From Utricularia gibba (lineage: Eukaryota > Plantae > Magnoliophyta), in contig CM007992.1 in the NCBI GenBank assembly GCA_002189035.1, positions 1,116,001 through 1,180,000 on the forward strand: a stretch of 64,000 bases of DNA, given 5' to 3'. Below are positions 1-13,705 of this stretch, one piece after another (the stretch's first letter is position 1; each line of letters starts with the position of its first letter). Below the pieces are notes generated by a model. That model searched no databases. It was not told where the DNA came from and saw only the letters and a program-made list of their open reading frames with translations. A program made the translations under genes and the position numbers.

Positions 1-1933
1 GGGAAAACTACACTAATATTATCCATTTTAAATATTCAATTATTTCCATTTTATATTTCTCCATTTTGAGTAAAATAAGTGTAATAGGATTAATATTGTC
101 ATTCTATTTCATATGTTACCATATTATTCGTTCTGGATATTTAGTTTATGATTCTATGTTTTATTCTTTAGAAAAAAAAATATATTTCTTGCATGTTCAA
201 CATGGTTATTTTATTTTTATTTTTTTCCTCACCGGTAAATATTATCATAAGGTATTTCATAGAAAATAAAAATATTTTATATTTACATATCACTTAATTT
301 ATGCTTGTTAATACATTTAAAATAGTAATATTTGTATACATATTTATTATATAATTAAGGTTTAAAAATTTGTATGATACATAAGTTTCGCACATATATG
401 TTTAAAATGAAGTTTATTTTTCATTCTTATTAAACTCAACTTGTTTAACAAAACTCGCTCAAAAAGTGATTTTTAAAATACCTAACCTCAGGGTTGTATT
501 TGGTAACTAATTTTAATTTTAGAGGCATTTTAAATTTTAATTCAAAAATTATGTTTTACTTTAAATCATATAATTAACAATTCACACAAACTATCAAACG
601 CACTTCAAACGCTTTACTATAATTTTGCAAAACACTCGTATATTATTTAAATATTTACCATAAATTCATTATTAATAATACATGAATATTTAAACAAATC
701 GCCGACCAACCACCCATATGATCCAAATCAAGTGTTATACATTCAATCATACAAATATTCATTCATAACGATTTTATCGCAATTCAAATCGTGATTAAAT
801 TATATATGAGAATATTCGTTTTCATTCATTTGTGTGTTGAGACATCAATCATCTTTGTTATCCTACGGTACTTGGTGTTGTGGAGTGAAGTGGTTCACTC
901 GAGACACTGGAGCTTGTTTAGGACACGTTCAAAGAAAGACGCGAGACAAGCGATGGCCCACACATATATTATGTTTTGTATTAAAGAATATCATTATCAA
1001 TTACTTACAAGAAAAAAAAAACAAATAAAAAAAGGGCATGTGCGGGAGCGCTAGCCAAAGCGGACTGCGATGTGGAATGCGGAAGTCGGAGTCCACGTCG
1101 GCGACAAACATTGACTTACGGCGCTGGCTGTAGCAGTGCTTTTCACGTTTCTTTCTTTCTTTCTTTCTCCCCCGGGCGTATTTTGTTTTAGAAGTATATT
1201 TTTTTTGTTTCATGAATATTTGACGCCATTCCAAACACTCGTGCGCTACTAATGTATCGACGTACGCCTTATATGACATTATGTGTTTCGGGCACTCCAT
1301 GAGGTCTTTTCTTCGTCCCGTTAGAGTGTGGAATTATCTGAATCGAATCTCATGTTAGTTATGGATTAAATAAAAGATTGAGATTGAATAAAATAAACAT
1401 ATAAATTTCGCATGACATTTTTTATTCTAACACGATAAAAGATTCTTAATAGAAACTTCAAAGTTTAAGCGCAATTGATCTAAAGTAAAGTGAGAATGAG
1501 TAAATTTTTAATAAGATAGATCAAAGGTAGAAAAAAAAATATAAAATCATAAGAGGTAAAAGTTCAAAATGGATAATATCGTGTAAGGCAAACGTGACTC
1601 GTTACATTTATGTATACTAGGTAGCTTTATATATTTTATGTGGGTCATTACAATTACATGATTTATGTGTGCATAGATAACTTTACATATTTTAAAGATA
1701 TCGATTTTACTTTAGTGTTTATATTCATCATATAAGTCCTTTGTTGTAAGCCTCTATCATGAATGTATGGATGGCAAAAAACCAGTTTAAGCAAATAATC
1801 CATTGATTATGAATCAAAGAGATAAACTAACAAAGTAGAATAATCATATAAATCTTGTATGAGTTATTCCTGAAGTATTACATTCTAATAACTTGATCTT
1901 ATCTTATAGAGCATAAGTAACTTTTAATCAATA

Positions 1934-2239
1934 TGTAAGATTAGAAAAGTATGTTAGATGGTCACATGTTAAGTATTGGATAAGAACGAATTGAAGCAAA
2001 ACGGACGATCATGACTATTACTCGTGTAAATCTTTCGGGATTGGATTTGCATGCAACCACCCAACTCACCAAGACTCGCTGCGGGACCAACTCAGCTGGG
2101 CTCACCACTCAAGCTGGCCCAAGGGACGGATCGCGCAGGCGGGCAGCCGGCGACTCGCCAAGGCTGCTGTGCGGGCAGTTAAGTTGGACCGACAGGAGGA
2201 GGAGGAGGACGTTTAACTGTTACAATACATAATCTTACA
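1934..2239. mobile_element. Possible degraded solo-LTR or MITE-like insert (306 bp)
   Basis: Bounded by perfect inverted 10-mers TGTAAGATTA (1934-1943) and TAATCTTACA (2230-2239), giving TG...CA ends. The GC-rich core (about 2050-2210) sits in AT-rich DNA. The 5-bp flanks (CAATA, TCGAA) do not match, so there is no TSD. Confidence 0.3.
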
Positions 2240-3951
2240 TCGAAAAATAAAAATGATATAAAAGTATATAGATTATAAATAATTTATTAAATCTAGTCTT
2301 TTTATTGTGATCCATATTTATTATATATTTAGATTTCACGTATGTTGGTTTAATGTATCATATCCCGAAGGTGAGGCGAGGGCAAAGATGACGGGAATTT
2401 GCATGGAAAATTTGAAAAACGGAGGACTTGTCAGCTGGTCTGGTCTTCCTGTTCTGTAACTCTGCGAGTGATGGCGATGAGGTAGTAGTAGCAGGTAAGC
2501 AGTCAAAATTGCGGTGTGTTAGGTGAAGATTAGGATGGCCTCAAGTCAGAGGACACCAGTTTTCAAAGCAGATCAACCAGAATCTCCTTGCAATGTTTTT
2601 CCTCGTGTCCGCACACCGTACTCTTGTTCAACACACGTGGAGCAGGGTGAGTGGCGCTCCAAATTTGCAAAAAACAAAAGAATATATTTTAAAAAATTAT
2701 TTATAGAAGATGAACCATCGGAAAGAATAGAGATGAACAATTGAATATAAATAAAAAAAGTCCATTTATTTAAAAATAATTACACGTTAGTCCAATAAAT
2801 ATGCATACTAAAGCCCATAGAGTAATTACAATTCAGCCCAAACAATCAAAAAGCCCAAAAATTTTATGATAATGTTGATTTAATACAATTTTACCCACAA
2901 AAATGTAAATAGTATTAAATTTATCAAAATATTGAAAATAACACGTAAAATACTTAATTTTACTACTAAATAAGGATGTTTTATTGTATTGGACTTTTCT
3001 ATATAAGTGATAGCACCAACAACAAATTAGGTTTAATTTGTATTTAGAGAATCAATGAAATGCCTTATACGAGGATAGAGTTGTAATCGGTTGGAATTGA
3101 AACTATAGTTTGAATCCAAACCATGGTTCTGATTCAGTTCATGATTCTGAGTTTATGTATGTTTTTAGAATGATTCGGAATTTTTGGAATCGATGAGCCA
3201 TCGGTTTGGATTTTAAATTTTAAAGATTTAAAAATTTGCAATCACCTACAATGATTCATACGGCTCACATGATGTAAATATTTGAAAAAATTCTCTATTT
3301 TTCTGAATCATTTCTAAACATTCATAATAGCCATTCATAAAGTTTGGAAAATTTTCTAAAAAATGTTAAAATTTTCTTAGTCACAACTTGAGCCATTGTG
3401 GGTGACGAAATTCTTCCATTGTTTCATCAGTTTCAATACTATTATTCTAAATTTAAAACATTGAAAAAGTTGATTGTCTAGAAAATCAGTCAATGTTTAT
3501 AGAAATATTTTAATATAAATTTTTTACTATTTAAAATAAATGATATTAATAGTTCTCAATTATTTACAAAGTTGATAAAATTAGTACACAATTAATCGTC
3601 TAGTTTATGTGTGTTGCTTACATAATGAATGATTAAAAATATGTAAAATATAATTTTTGAAGAATTAATTATACTTAGCACATTGAATTTTGGAGACTAA
3701 TTATGTTCATTCATTTGCTAGATATGACTAATCAAATTGTAATTATGATTAATTTTCTATGTGATTAGTTGAGAGTTATTAAGTCCACCCTCTTAAATAC
3801 TACCCAAAAAGAAGAAGGAACATCAATTGAAAGAAAAAGAAATTCCAATCCAAAAATCAATTTTCATTAATTGCTTCATTAACTCCCCCCATTTTTTAAT
3901 AATTATCTACTCAGAAATTTGTTTCAGATTCTCTCATTAAATTCCACGCCG

Positions 3952-3966
3952 CCACGTCATATAAAT
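3952..3966 (+). promoter_or_regulatory. bZIP-type CCACGTCA hexamer motif abutting a TATA box
   Basis: CCACGTCA at 3952-3959 is immediately followed by TATAAAT at 3960-3966, about 115 nt upstream of the ATG at 4080. Confidence 0.55.
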
Positions 3967-4079
3967 TGAGGATTACCCATTACTCAACCCCAAGCGCGAT
4001 CGCATTTGCTTCGGCTCGGGTCTCCACTTCCGCTCTCACGCCCGCCGTGAGACGCCCTCTTCCTCGTATTCTCTGTTCC

Positions 4080-4937
4080 ATGGCCGCAGACGTGAGCTCG
4101 ATTGCGGTACTGATGAACGGCATCGATGCGAATGAGTCTGCAGGATCGGCTGTTCCGATTACTCGAGATCTTCTCGGTAGTTGCTGTTTGATTGAATCGA
4201 AGGATCTCGATCTCGATTTGCAGCTTCGAGTTCCGCGTGGATGGGAGAAACGCCTCGATTTGAAGGTGATTCTCTCGTTTTGTTGCTTTTTTTGTTTAAA
4301 TGAAAAGCCCTAGGAGTAACACAGGTTTGCACCGCGGTTTTTTTTTTTTTGAATTCCTGATCATTTCGATTGGAGAAGAAGTTTTGTAGGATTGAATGTC
4401 ACCGCGTGTTCTGGAATGTTTCCGGATTCGTATGGTTTTAAACTCCGTTTCTTGTTGGTGTCTGCGTTCTTGTTTCTAATATTGTTGTTTTGTGTGCTTA
4501 ATTCGCAGTCAGGAAAGCTGTATCTCCAAAGAAATTCCAAATCATTGCCTACATCTCCGGCGGCGGAGAAATTCCACGACGTGAACTCCCCTCCGACGTC
4601 GTTTAAACCGAGGATGAACCTCTTCGACGACTCCGGCCTCGAATTAAACCTGGTGTCCTCCTCGTCTCCTTCGTCGTTGAATCACCACAGCGTTTGCACA
4701 TTAGATAAGGTGAAGTCCGCTCTTGAGAGAGCTGAGAAAGAGACAGCATCTAGAAAACGTGCGAGTTCACCGTCACCATCGACGGCGTCACCGGAGTCGT
4801 TCGCCGCCGGGTGCCCAAACTGCCTCATGTACGTACTCATTTCGACGAGCAATCCCATATGCCCACGGTGTAGCACCCGTCTGCCCCTTCCTTTTGGCGC
4901 CAAGAAACCTCGTATCGACCTCAACATATCCATTTGA
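4080..4937 (+). CDS. GIR1-like C-terminal zinc-ribbon protein with WW-like segment and EAR motifs (2 exons)
   Basis: Exons 4080-4265 and 4509-4937 joined by a GT-AG phase-0 intron (204 aa). Splicing gives VPRGWEKRLDLK|SGKLYL. Motifs: LDLDL, LELNL, SVCTLDKVKSALERAEK, CPNC-x11-CPRC and terminal KKPRIDLNISI. Confidence 0.85.
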
Positions 4938-5123
4938 ATCAGCCTGCAGACATACAACCAAACACGAGTTTGATGTCGAACCCAGCACTTCACTCTAAGC
5001 TACAATTCCTTGAAATCAAATACACGTGTCCGTGTGTCATACTTGCGAAACGTAGAAATCAATGTATATGTATGTGTGTCCTGTGTAGTACAGAAATCTC
5101 ATTATTGTAACGATATATCACAT

Positions 5124-5248
5124 TGATTAGGAATATGAGAAATGATGTGTTTAAATAAAGAGTATCGATATGTTTTCTTTAAAATGAAATAATATAAAAT
5201 TATAAGTACTGATTAGGAATATGAGAAATGATGTGTTTAAATAAAGAG
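5124..5248. repeat. Local tandem duplication, unit about 86 bp
   Basis: The 39-mer TGATTAGGAATATGAGAAATGATGTGTTTAAATAAAGAG occurs identically at 5124-5162 and 5210-5248. Confidence 0.9.
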
Positions 5249-5807
5249 ATTATTATAATATTGTACGATTTTTTTAAATGAAATATTATAAAATTATGAA
5301 TATTAAATGTCCAAAATAAATAATAGATATAAAATGAGCATGGGTTATAATATTTTGAGTATCTAAAATGAAGAGAATGTAAAGTTAAAGTCTTAATTAT
5401 AAATGAAGAATTGGACGTGCTTAAATAGAAAATTTCTTTTAATTTATATAAAGTTCTTTTACTCGAATATGAAAATGTAAAACTGTAAGAATTGTATATT
5501 CGAAGTGACCAATAACATACAAAAAGAACATGCCATGACATTTGGTATTCAATTTGAATCTATAATTAACCGGTTCTAACATGTTTTTAAAATACTCATT
5601 GTAAGTAAAGTTCTATGGATTCCACACACGTTGTCCGAAGGCACCTATAGAAACTGCACTAATTAGTTATATTAGTTAATGGATATGGTATAAGTCGAGA
5701 AGAGTTGAGCATGTAGTTTTTTGTTGGTATTGGTTAGTATATTTTAATAATTTATACATATGATATGACTATACTTGAAATATACATATTTTACAAATAT
5801 CCATTTT

Positions 5808-5811
<4 letters not shown>

Positions 5812-5853
<42 letters not shown>
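5812..5853. repeat. (AT)n microsatellite, about 21 units
   Basis: Read directly from the sequence. Confidence 0.97.
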
Positions 5854-5856
<3 letters not shown>

Positions 5857-7116
5857 GAGGAGTGAATGGATTATATTTAGGTGCATGTAGGCGTGTCACG
5901 GGTTTTTCTTAAGGATATCATGGTGGAAGTCAATGACCAACACGGGGGATGTTCATGTCATCTCATTAATGATACTTAATGCGCGTTAATTACAAAATCT
6001 CCAGCCTTGATTTACTTAACCATCTTTTTCCTTCTCCAAACTGTACTTCAAGTGTCCGCAATAACTCCATCATTTTTATTTCTTCTTCTTCTTTTTTTCT
6101 TGCTAATTGATTATCCAAAATCAACATGCCCATTAAGGGACTAATCCGTACGGGTTTTTGTTCACTTGGAAAGTACGGCATGCAGCCATTAGACTCACTA
6201 TTTTACATTGTTTTTTAAAATTAAATCCATTGTAAATATATTAAAAAAATAAAAATAATTATCTAAATTTAATTTTTTTTATGAAAAATATTAAATTCGA
6301 ATTCAAAAAATCATGAGATTAGTTTGAATCTAGTCGAGCTCTAGGTTCAATCCATGATTTTAAAATACTGATATTTTCAATTAGATTTAGTTTAATTTAA
6401 ATTGATGAATAAATTGGAAAAATGGATGCAATTTTTTTTAAAGAATAATAAAAAAATTATTGAACTCGCATCAATTTAAGTTATTTATGATTAAATAAGA
6501 AAAATAATTCAAATTATCTCTGAATAATGTAATGGTGTTTAAACATTAGATGCCATTTAAGGGAATGGTTTGACTCCTTGAAAGTCAGACCCTTAGCATC
6601 AACATTTCATTTACTTTGCATGTGTTTATTGGGGGAAATTCAAATTTCTGCAATAAAAGTGGGAAGAATTTATCATCTCAGGTCAATTTGAAGTAATTTT
6701 GTTTTCAAAAAAATATTATAAAATCAGTTTTATTACCAAATACGTACGGTATTTATTTAAAAATATGTCTAGAAATGTTTCTTATTTTTAAGAATTTATA
6801 GAGTCATAGTTTCTATTTTATTATAATATTTTTATAAATAATATTTTATAAGAAATATAACCAAATAAAGGGTTTAATACATTTTACAAGTTTCTTATTG
6901 GGCTTTTTAGGGGCAAATGAGAGTGTTGTCTCGCCTGCTTTAGATGGATGACAGTTGGGTTGGGCCTGAAGTAGGCCAACGATTTCAGTTCCTCACTTTC
7001 GCCGCCGGCGACGAGGGCTCCCGTTGCTAAGAGTAGCTAACGTTGGAGGCTCTGATTTTTTCGGTTCCTTTGTCTGTCAAGTTTGGTGCCTATTCTGTTT
7101 TGTTGCCTTGTCTTGA

Positions 7117-10100
7117 ATGGGCAAGAAGCAGCAAAAAGTGGTGCTTCCACCGGAGCTGCCGCCAGATGTTCCGGAGGAGGATATTGAGGTGTCGGATGAG
7201 GACTTTGAGTTCGTTCAGCAGAATCCGTCATACGCTGGTTTTGTTTCCAATTTGAACACTGATACCATCACAAAGTAAGGATTTTGTGTTTTTGCGATTT
7301 GTCATCAATCGTGAATGCTGCAACTCTGATTTAATTGTTTTTTACGCTGTGGTTTCTCAAAAGGCATGTCACGCGAGTGGCTGATGCCGATGACGGTATC
7401 TTGGAATCATTGCACGAGAAAAGGCTGCAAAAGAAACTAGAAAACAATGCTACGCAAACTACGCAACTGGAAGTTGATCCTGTCGATGCACTTCCAGTGA
7501 AAACGTTGGACGGGAAGCTGTATTATAGAAAAGGTACTTCAAAACCTTTTCTTCGTTTTCTGTTTTGCTGTATTCAGTTGCACAAAGAGTGTACCCCTGC
7601 GTCTGCCATTAATCAGTTTAGCAAATTTAGACTCATAGATGCAGGCCTTTAACTAATACGAAGAATGTTGTTTGCTTTTTAATGATAATCTTAAGAAATA
7701 AACCTTGTTTGATTCGTTCGCTCACATGGACATATCAGTGTCACTGTATATCTACTTTGCTCTAGCATAGTTCATGGATCAGGCCTTAATAGTTTTTCTA
7801 GTCACATGGAAGTTTTCTTTGGACAGTGGTGAAGGAAGACAAGGAGGTTGAAAGCGAGGCAGTCAATAAGGACCCTGCTTTAGTGAAGTTGCGCAAACCT
7901 GAGAAGCATGCAAAGCTCAAGAAATTGAGGAAAGAGGCAAAGAAACAGCCCAAGGAAGAAGAGGAGAAATTGCCTCAGGCTGAAGTTTTGGTTTGTGGCT
8001 CTTCTATGCTGCTTTTTTCTGCCCGATTTGCATTTTGTTGATGTTGCAATGTACCCAGACTTCTATTTTATTTGATAATTGTGGAATACTTCAATCTTTT
8101 AAGTGCATTTTGATGCAAGGAGATTGATGATTTATCACTTCAATGTCATGCATGCAGGATGAAGTGAAAAAGGAGCTGACAGCTGAAGAGGCCAGGGAGA
8201 ATAAGAAATATAGGCTTGCTGAGCTGGGAACGTCTCTGCTTGTTGATCCCGAATCCAATATTAAGCTTATAAAGGAAATGCTGGAGAACCTTAAAGATGG
8301 AGACAGTGCCATTGTCATCCTGGCATTGAAATCCTTGTTGGCTGTTTTCAAGGATATAATTCCTGGGCAAGTTACTGCGTCACGCTGATGTTTTGCATGT
8401 TCAATAGGAAATCATGGGATATTTTTCTTTCTAGTTGCGCTTAATCATTTTTTTTTCCATTGGTGGTTGCAGCTATCGCATCAGGTTGCCCACAGAGAAG
8501 GAAAAGGAGATGAAGATTTCAAAGGCTGTAAAGAAAACGAGATTATATGAGTTTACTCTTCTGACAGCATATAAGGTTTAATCTGATAGCTGCCTATGTT
8601 TTGAGATTTGGTTATTTCTAAATTGAAAAGTTTATGTACTTACGAAAATGGGACACCTGATAGGGGACACCTTTGTCCTTTGATATTAGGCATATGTGCA
8701 GAAGTTAGTAACTCTGCAGCGAAAAAGTCTTTACAAACAAGTAGCAATCCGTTGCCTATGTACTTTGCTTGCTGCTGTCCCTCACTTCAACTTTCGAGAG
8801 AGTTTGTTGGCTGCTGTTGTGGAAAACATAAGCTCCCACGATGATACTGTCAGGTAATTTAAACTCTTTGTTTTTAATACTCCATTCTACTTCATTTGAT
8901 TAACGTTTTGTCCACTGAATTAACCCATTCGTATACAAAGTTTTAACTTGTGTTGGCATTTATTCTTTTTAAATTCTAGATCCTTAGCAGGTCATATCGT
9001 TTTCCTCTTTTTGTGGACAGAAAACTTTGTTGTAATGCTATTAAGTCGCTTTTTACCAATGAGGGGAAGCATGGAGGTGAGGTTACCGTGGAGGCTGTTA
9101 AATTGATAGCTGACCTTGTTAAAGCTCATGACTGTGAATTGCATCCAGAATCTGTTGAAGTAAGTCTTCTTGTGCCCAAAACTTTGTCATGTAGATTGTG
9201 TTATATGCTTGATTTTAAGAAAGAGATGATATTTCAGTTTACTTGGGCAAGTTTATTTAATGAAAGTGTACATATCTTTTTACTGCTTTATCACCTATTA
9301 ACTTTTAGCTGCTCTCGAATTCTAGGTTTTTCTGTCATTGTCTTTTGATGAGGATCTCGGAAAGTCTGAAGTTCCTGACTCTAAGGATCGGTTCAAGAAC
9401 AAAAAATTTGGGAAGAGAAAAAGCTCGAATGAGATCAATCCCGCACCAGATAGCACAAAGAAAATTCGGAAAGAAAATCTTTTAAAGACTAGAGAGGAGG
9501 TCATTTTCAATATTGAATTTATTCTGCATATTTTTTTACATTTCTCATGAAATTTGCCATTTCTTCAGGTGAATGCTGAATTTAAAGTTGCATCATTAGC
9601 TCAAGATCCACTAGAGCGTAGAAAGGTCCAGACACAGACGCTCTCTGCTGTTTTTGAAACATTCTTTCGCATCTTGAGGCATGCTGGGCAGCCAACGTAA
9701 GTACATTAACTGATGAGGTTGGCCAATTGGCACCCGTCATTTGCTGTTGTAGGATCTAGAGAAAGCTGTTCTTTTCATTGGGTGCCTCTGCACGTATTAT
9801 ACAGAAAGTTGAATATTTATTTGTTCTGCGATTTAAACATTGTTTTTGCCTTGTGAGTTGCTCACATGCGGTTTCTGTCTCAGGTCTGAGACGAATTCAG
9901 AGCCTGGTGCATTAGGAAACCACCCCCTTCTCGCTCCATGTTTGAATGGAATTGGGAAATTTTCTCATCTACTAGATTTGGATTTCATGGCTGATCTTAT
10001 GCAGTCTTTAAGAAAACTTGCCGGAAATGGTCTCAAACCAGGAGATGCAATTGAGAATCCTGGTTGTCAACTTTCAGTTTCTGAACGGTTGCAGTGCTGC

Positions 10101-11357
10101 ATTGTTGCTTTTAAGGTTATGAGGAACAACCTGGATGCTCTCAATATTGATTTACAAGAGTTCTTTGTCCAATTCTACAACCTGATACTTGAGTTTCGAC
10201 CTGGAAGGTATATGGAACGTTCATGGCTAGCTTATTACATCGTGTTTGACTGTTTGCTTATTAATAGAAGTATTATGAATAATAACGATGCTTCTTATCT
10301 CACAGTCTAGTCTCTTTTTTTTTCATAATGGATAAACATAGGATAATCAGCACCCCTATAAACAGCATGTGAAAGGGTAGCATTATGTTCATCTTTTAAT
10401 AGTTGAGGGATCAGGAAAATGTCGTTGCCTTTTGGTTATCTTTATGTTTTTGTAACGCCGTGCTTGCTGGTGAACCAGAGATCAGGGGGGATGTTGGCTG
10501 AAGCTTTGAAGATCATGTTATGTGACGACCGCCAGCACGATATGCAACGGGCAGCAGCATTTATAAAGCGCCTGTGTATGTTTTCGCTATGTTTTGGTTC
10601 CGCAGAGTCTCTGGCCGGTGAGTGTTGCTTCATAATTCAACCAAATTTTGCTCCCAGACCGTGTTTTGACATTTTCCCTAAACCGAAATCTCAGCATTGG
10701 TCACTGTAAAGCATCTCCTTCAGAGGAATGTCAAGTGCCGCAGTCTGCTAGAGAATGACATCGGTGGTGGATTGGTTGCCGGTGCCATAGCTGTATGCTT
10801 CTTCATCTAGCCCTCTCTTGATTTCCATCCTCAGCCATATGTCTCTTGACGCTGTTCCATTGTCTGAATCTCAGAAATATCAACCTCAAGCAACGGATCC
10901 AAATCGTAGCGGCGCACTGGCCTCCGTTCTGTGGGAGCTTAACCTCCTGTCAAAGCATTATCATCCCGCCATCTCCTCCATAGCCTCGAGCATGTCCACC
11001 ATGGCCACTTCCAACAACCAGGTTTACCATTCTCATGTTTCTCCACAGCAAGCATATTCAGAGCTATTGCTAGGGGCCAAGTCTGTGGCACCAACAACTG
11101 ATGTGAAGGCACCAAAGAACAAGAGGAAGAGGAAGGGACCCAAGAGCATGTCTCACAAGCTTGGTGCAGATCTGGATCTTACTGGTCAGATTGACCAGGA
11201 AGTGGTTGAAGATAAACTTGCTAAGCACTTCGTATCGGTGCGTGATTTTGAAGAGAGCAAGCGATTGAGGTCTGAGGTCAATCGCACAGCCAATATGTTG
11301 AAGCTTTACCAGGAATACAGAGCCCAAAAGAAGAAGAGAAAGCAGATTGCAAGCTAA
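7117..11357 (+). CDS. NOC3: Nucleolar complex protein 3 homolog (60S biogenesis), multi-exon
   Basis: Traced exon by exon: MGKKQQKVVLPPELPPDVPEEDIEVSDED, VDALPVKTLDGKLYY, VFKDIIPG|YRIRLPTEKE, PHFNFRESLL, EGKHGGEVTVEAVKLIAD, MLCDDRQHDM, LLENDIGGG, DPNRSGALASVLWEL; stop at 11355-11357. One GC-AG intron (8367-8472). Apparent 1-nt loss in the G run at 10485-10490. Confidence 0.93.
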
Positions 11358-11866
11358 GTCTTCCAAGTTTCATTTATGGGGTCTGTGAGGAGATTTTCTA
11401 TGACCCACACGCCTCAAATGAATGACCTTTTTTTTTTTCCTTTTTAGAATAATATGTAAAATTATTTGATGATTTTGTTGGAATTATACAAAAAAAAATC
11501 TTAAATTGTTTACATGATTGTTTACAATTCATTGAAATTTCACTAAATCCCTGTCATAAAGAATTTGAGATTTTGTAAAAGGGGCTATATAAAATTGAAT
11601 AATGTATGATAATCTCTAGTAATCAGAGCACATTAGGAATAATTTCAGCTGTCTTTGAAATTGGTGGATGACTTAGATGATATCATTAAGAAAAATAGTT
11701 AATGTCACATAATATTTCATATATTTAGACAAAAATACATATAAGATGATCATTTTTCCACATAATATCTGATATAGAACCAAATTTTTAATTTATCTTG
11801 AATGAATATAACAAGACTGGGAATCATCGGCAAGGGCGCTCTCTGCCTTGGCACCAGTGCTGATCA

Positions 11867-13705
11867 CTACACGAGCAAGACAGCGTTGATGCATCCATCG
11901 TTCTCAGGATTATTGGTGACTTGTGCGTACTTCCCTGCATTTCGGAGGCACCAAAGACAATGGTATGGTAAGCACCTAACAACTCATGTGGATTTCCCTT
12001 GACAAAGACAAGACAAACATACCCCAAACAACTTTTCCGGCCGGCGTGACCAGACCCAGTTCGCTCACATTCACCTGGGCACAGAGAGAAGCAGGATGGT
12101 AAGATGCTATGCAGCGGTTGGCGATCTGGGTATGTAGAGAGGTGTACCTCAATGATTGTGCCCTTTGTTATGACGCCTAGGGAAGTATACATGGGGCCGT
12201 TTGGGTTTTTCTTCACACCAATTATTTCAAGGTTGAAGGTGCATTTCAGTTCAGGGTGAGTGACATGAGCTTTTGTAAAACGCAAACCACTTGGCCGGAT
12301 AAATCGCTCATATTTTGGTGGCTTTCGGGTAAAGCTTGGTCCAACAAAAGTGGCCTTGGTGATCATCCTCTTCCACTGCTTAGCTGAAAATTGGCAATAA
12401 AGTACAAAACTAACGGAGGTCAATACCATTTATGGATTCACACACACACAAAAGATACTTACTTTTCCTTTTGCCAGATCGTATTACTCTAAACATTTCA
12501 TCTTCAGCTACAGGTCTAACCTACAGCATGAAAAAATTCCAGTTACTTTGGCATCCAGAAAGCAGTTTACAAAATCCAGATTAAGAGAAGCAGAAAATGT
12601 GAAACAAATAGCTTCAGAGCATGAGTAAGAGTCATAAGGAAGACACTGGTAAATATAAACCGAGACATCATATGGATAACTGGATGTATCTTATCTTACC
12701 TTTGGAAGTGGAACCTCCCACTTTCCAGCTTTCTCCTTCCGCTTTTGTTTTATAGTATTGCTAAGAACCTATGAATAATTGAAGTGTTTGTTTTAACATT
12801 CTATAAATGGAGACGATATTTTGGTCAGGGAAAAAATATAGGTAGGATCTGTAAGCAGCCAAAAGTGATAGAACCTTTGCTCTTGTAGTCTCATCACGAT
12901 CCAAAAGATAAGCTGGTAGTGCACCATCATGAACATCATCATCAACCTTCCGTCTAGTTGATGATTCCTCATGCATTGCCAACCTGTGAGATACAATGTA
13001 TGAGCTCATGAACTAGTTTTGGACAGTTCAATGAATCACGTCTGCAATATACAGTAGACAACTACACGTAAAACACAGAATAGTAAACGCTCACAGTAAG
13101 TTTAGATCAATAGAAAGAATGCAAATTTAATAGATACATGGGAAAAAAGAGATGAAAGAATCTGGCACGGGTTGACATTCCATGGATATCCATGAATTTG
13201 AGGATGGACACAACCTAATAAGACGGTTTCTAAGTCAAGTTTCATAATGTTCAAAGAAGTAATGATCCCCCAAATGTCTGGCTTAACATGAATTAATCAA
13301 ACCTAGCGGAAAACTAAATCGAAACTAGGCTCACGTTTTCTTCATCAGGGCCTTCTCAGCGTATCTCTTCTTTGCGAACATCTTACCCTTAATACCCAGC
13401 GCCTGCCCACAAAAACGAGGAAAATGAATCACGCACAACCTCCACCATGACCGTGAAAAATAGCAACGATTCTTTAAAGAAAGCTAATATTACATTCTGA
13501 GCAATTCGAGAACGCTTGTGAACTTCACGAGCCTCCTTCTTCCGTTTACGCTCGAAGTGGTCATGGCGATAGCCATGCCTCTTGCGGTGAAGCTCTATGT
13601 AATCACCTTGAGGCTACAGGTACAAATGACAAGTACAATTACAAAACATCATCGCACATCTAAGAAACACTGAAAACGGGATTTAAGAACTAATAAGCAT
13701 ACCAT
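11867..13705 (-). CDS. NSA2: Ribosome biogenesis protein NSA2 homolog (9 coding exons)
   Basis: M|[92 protein letters not shown]. All introns are GT-AG and all phases are consistent. Confidence 0.96.
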
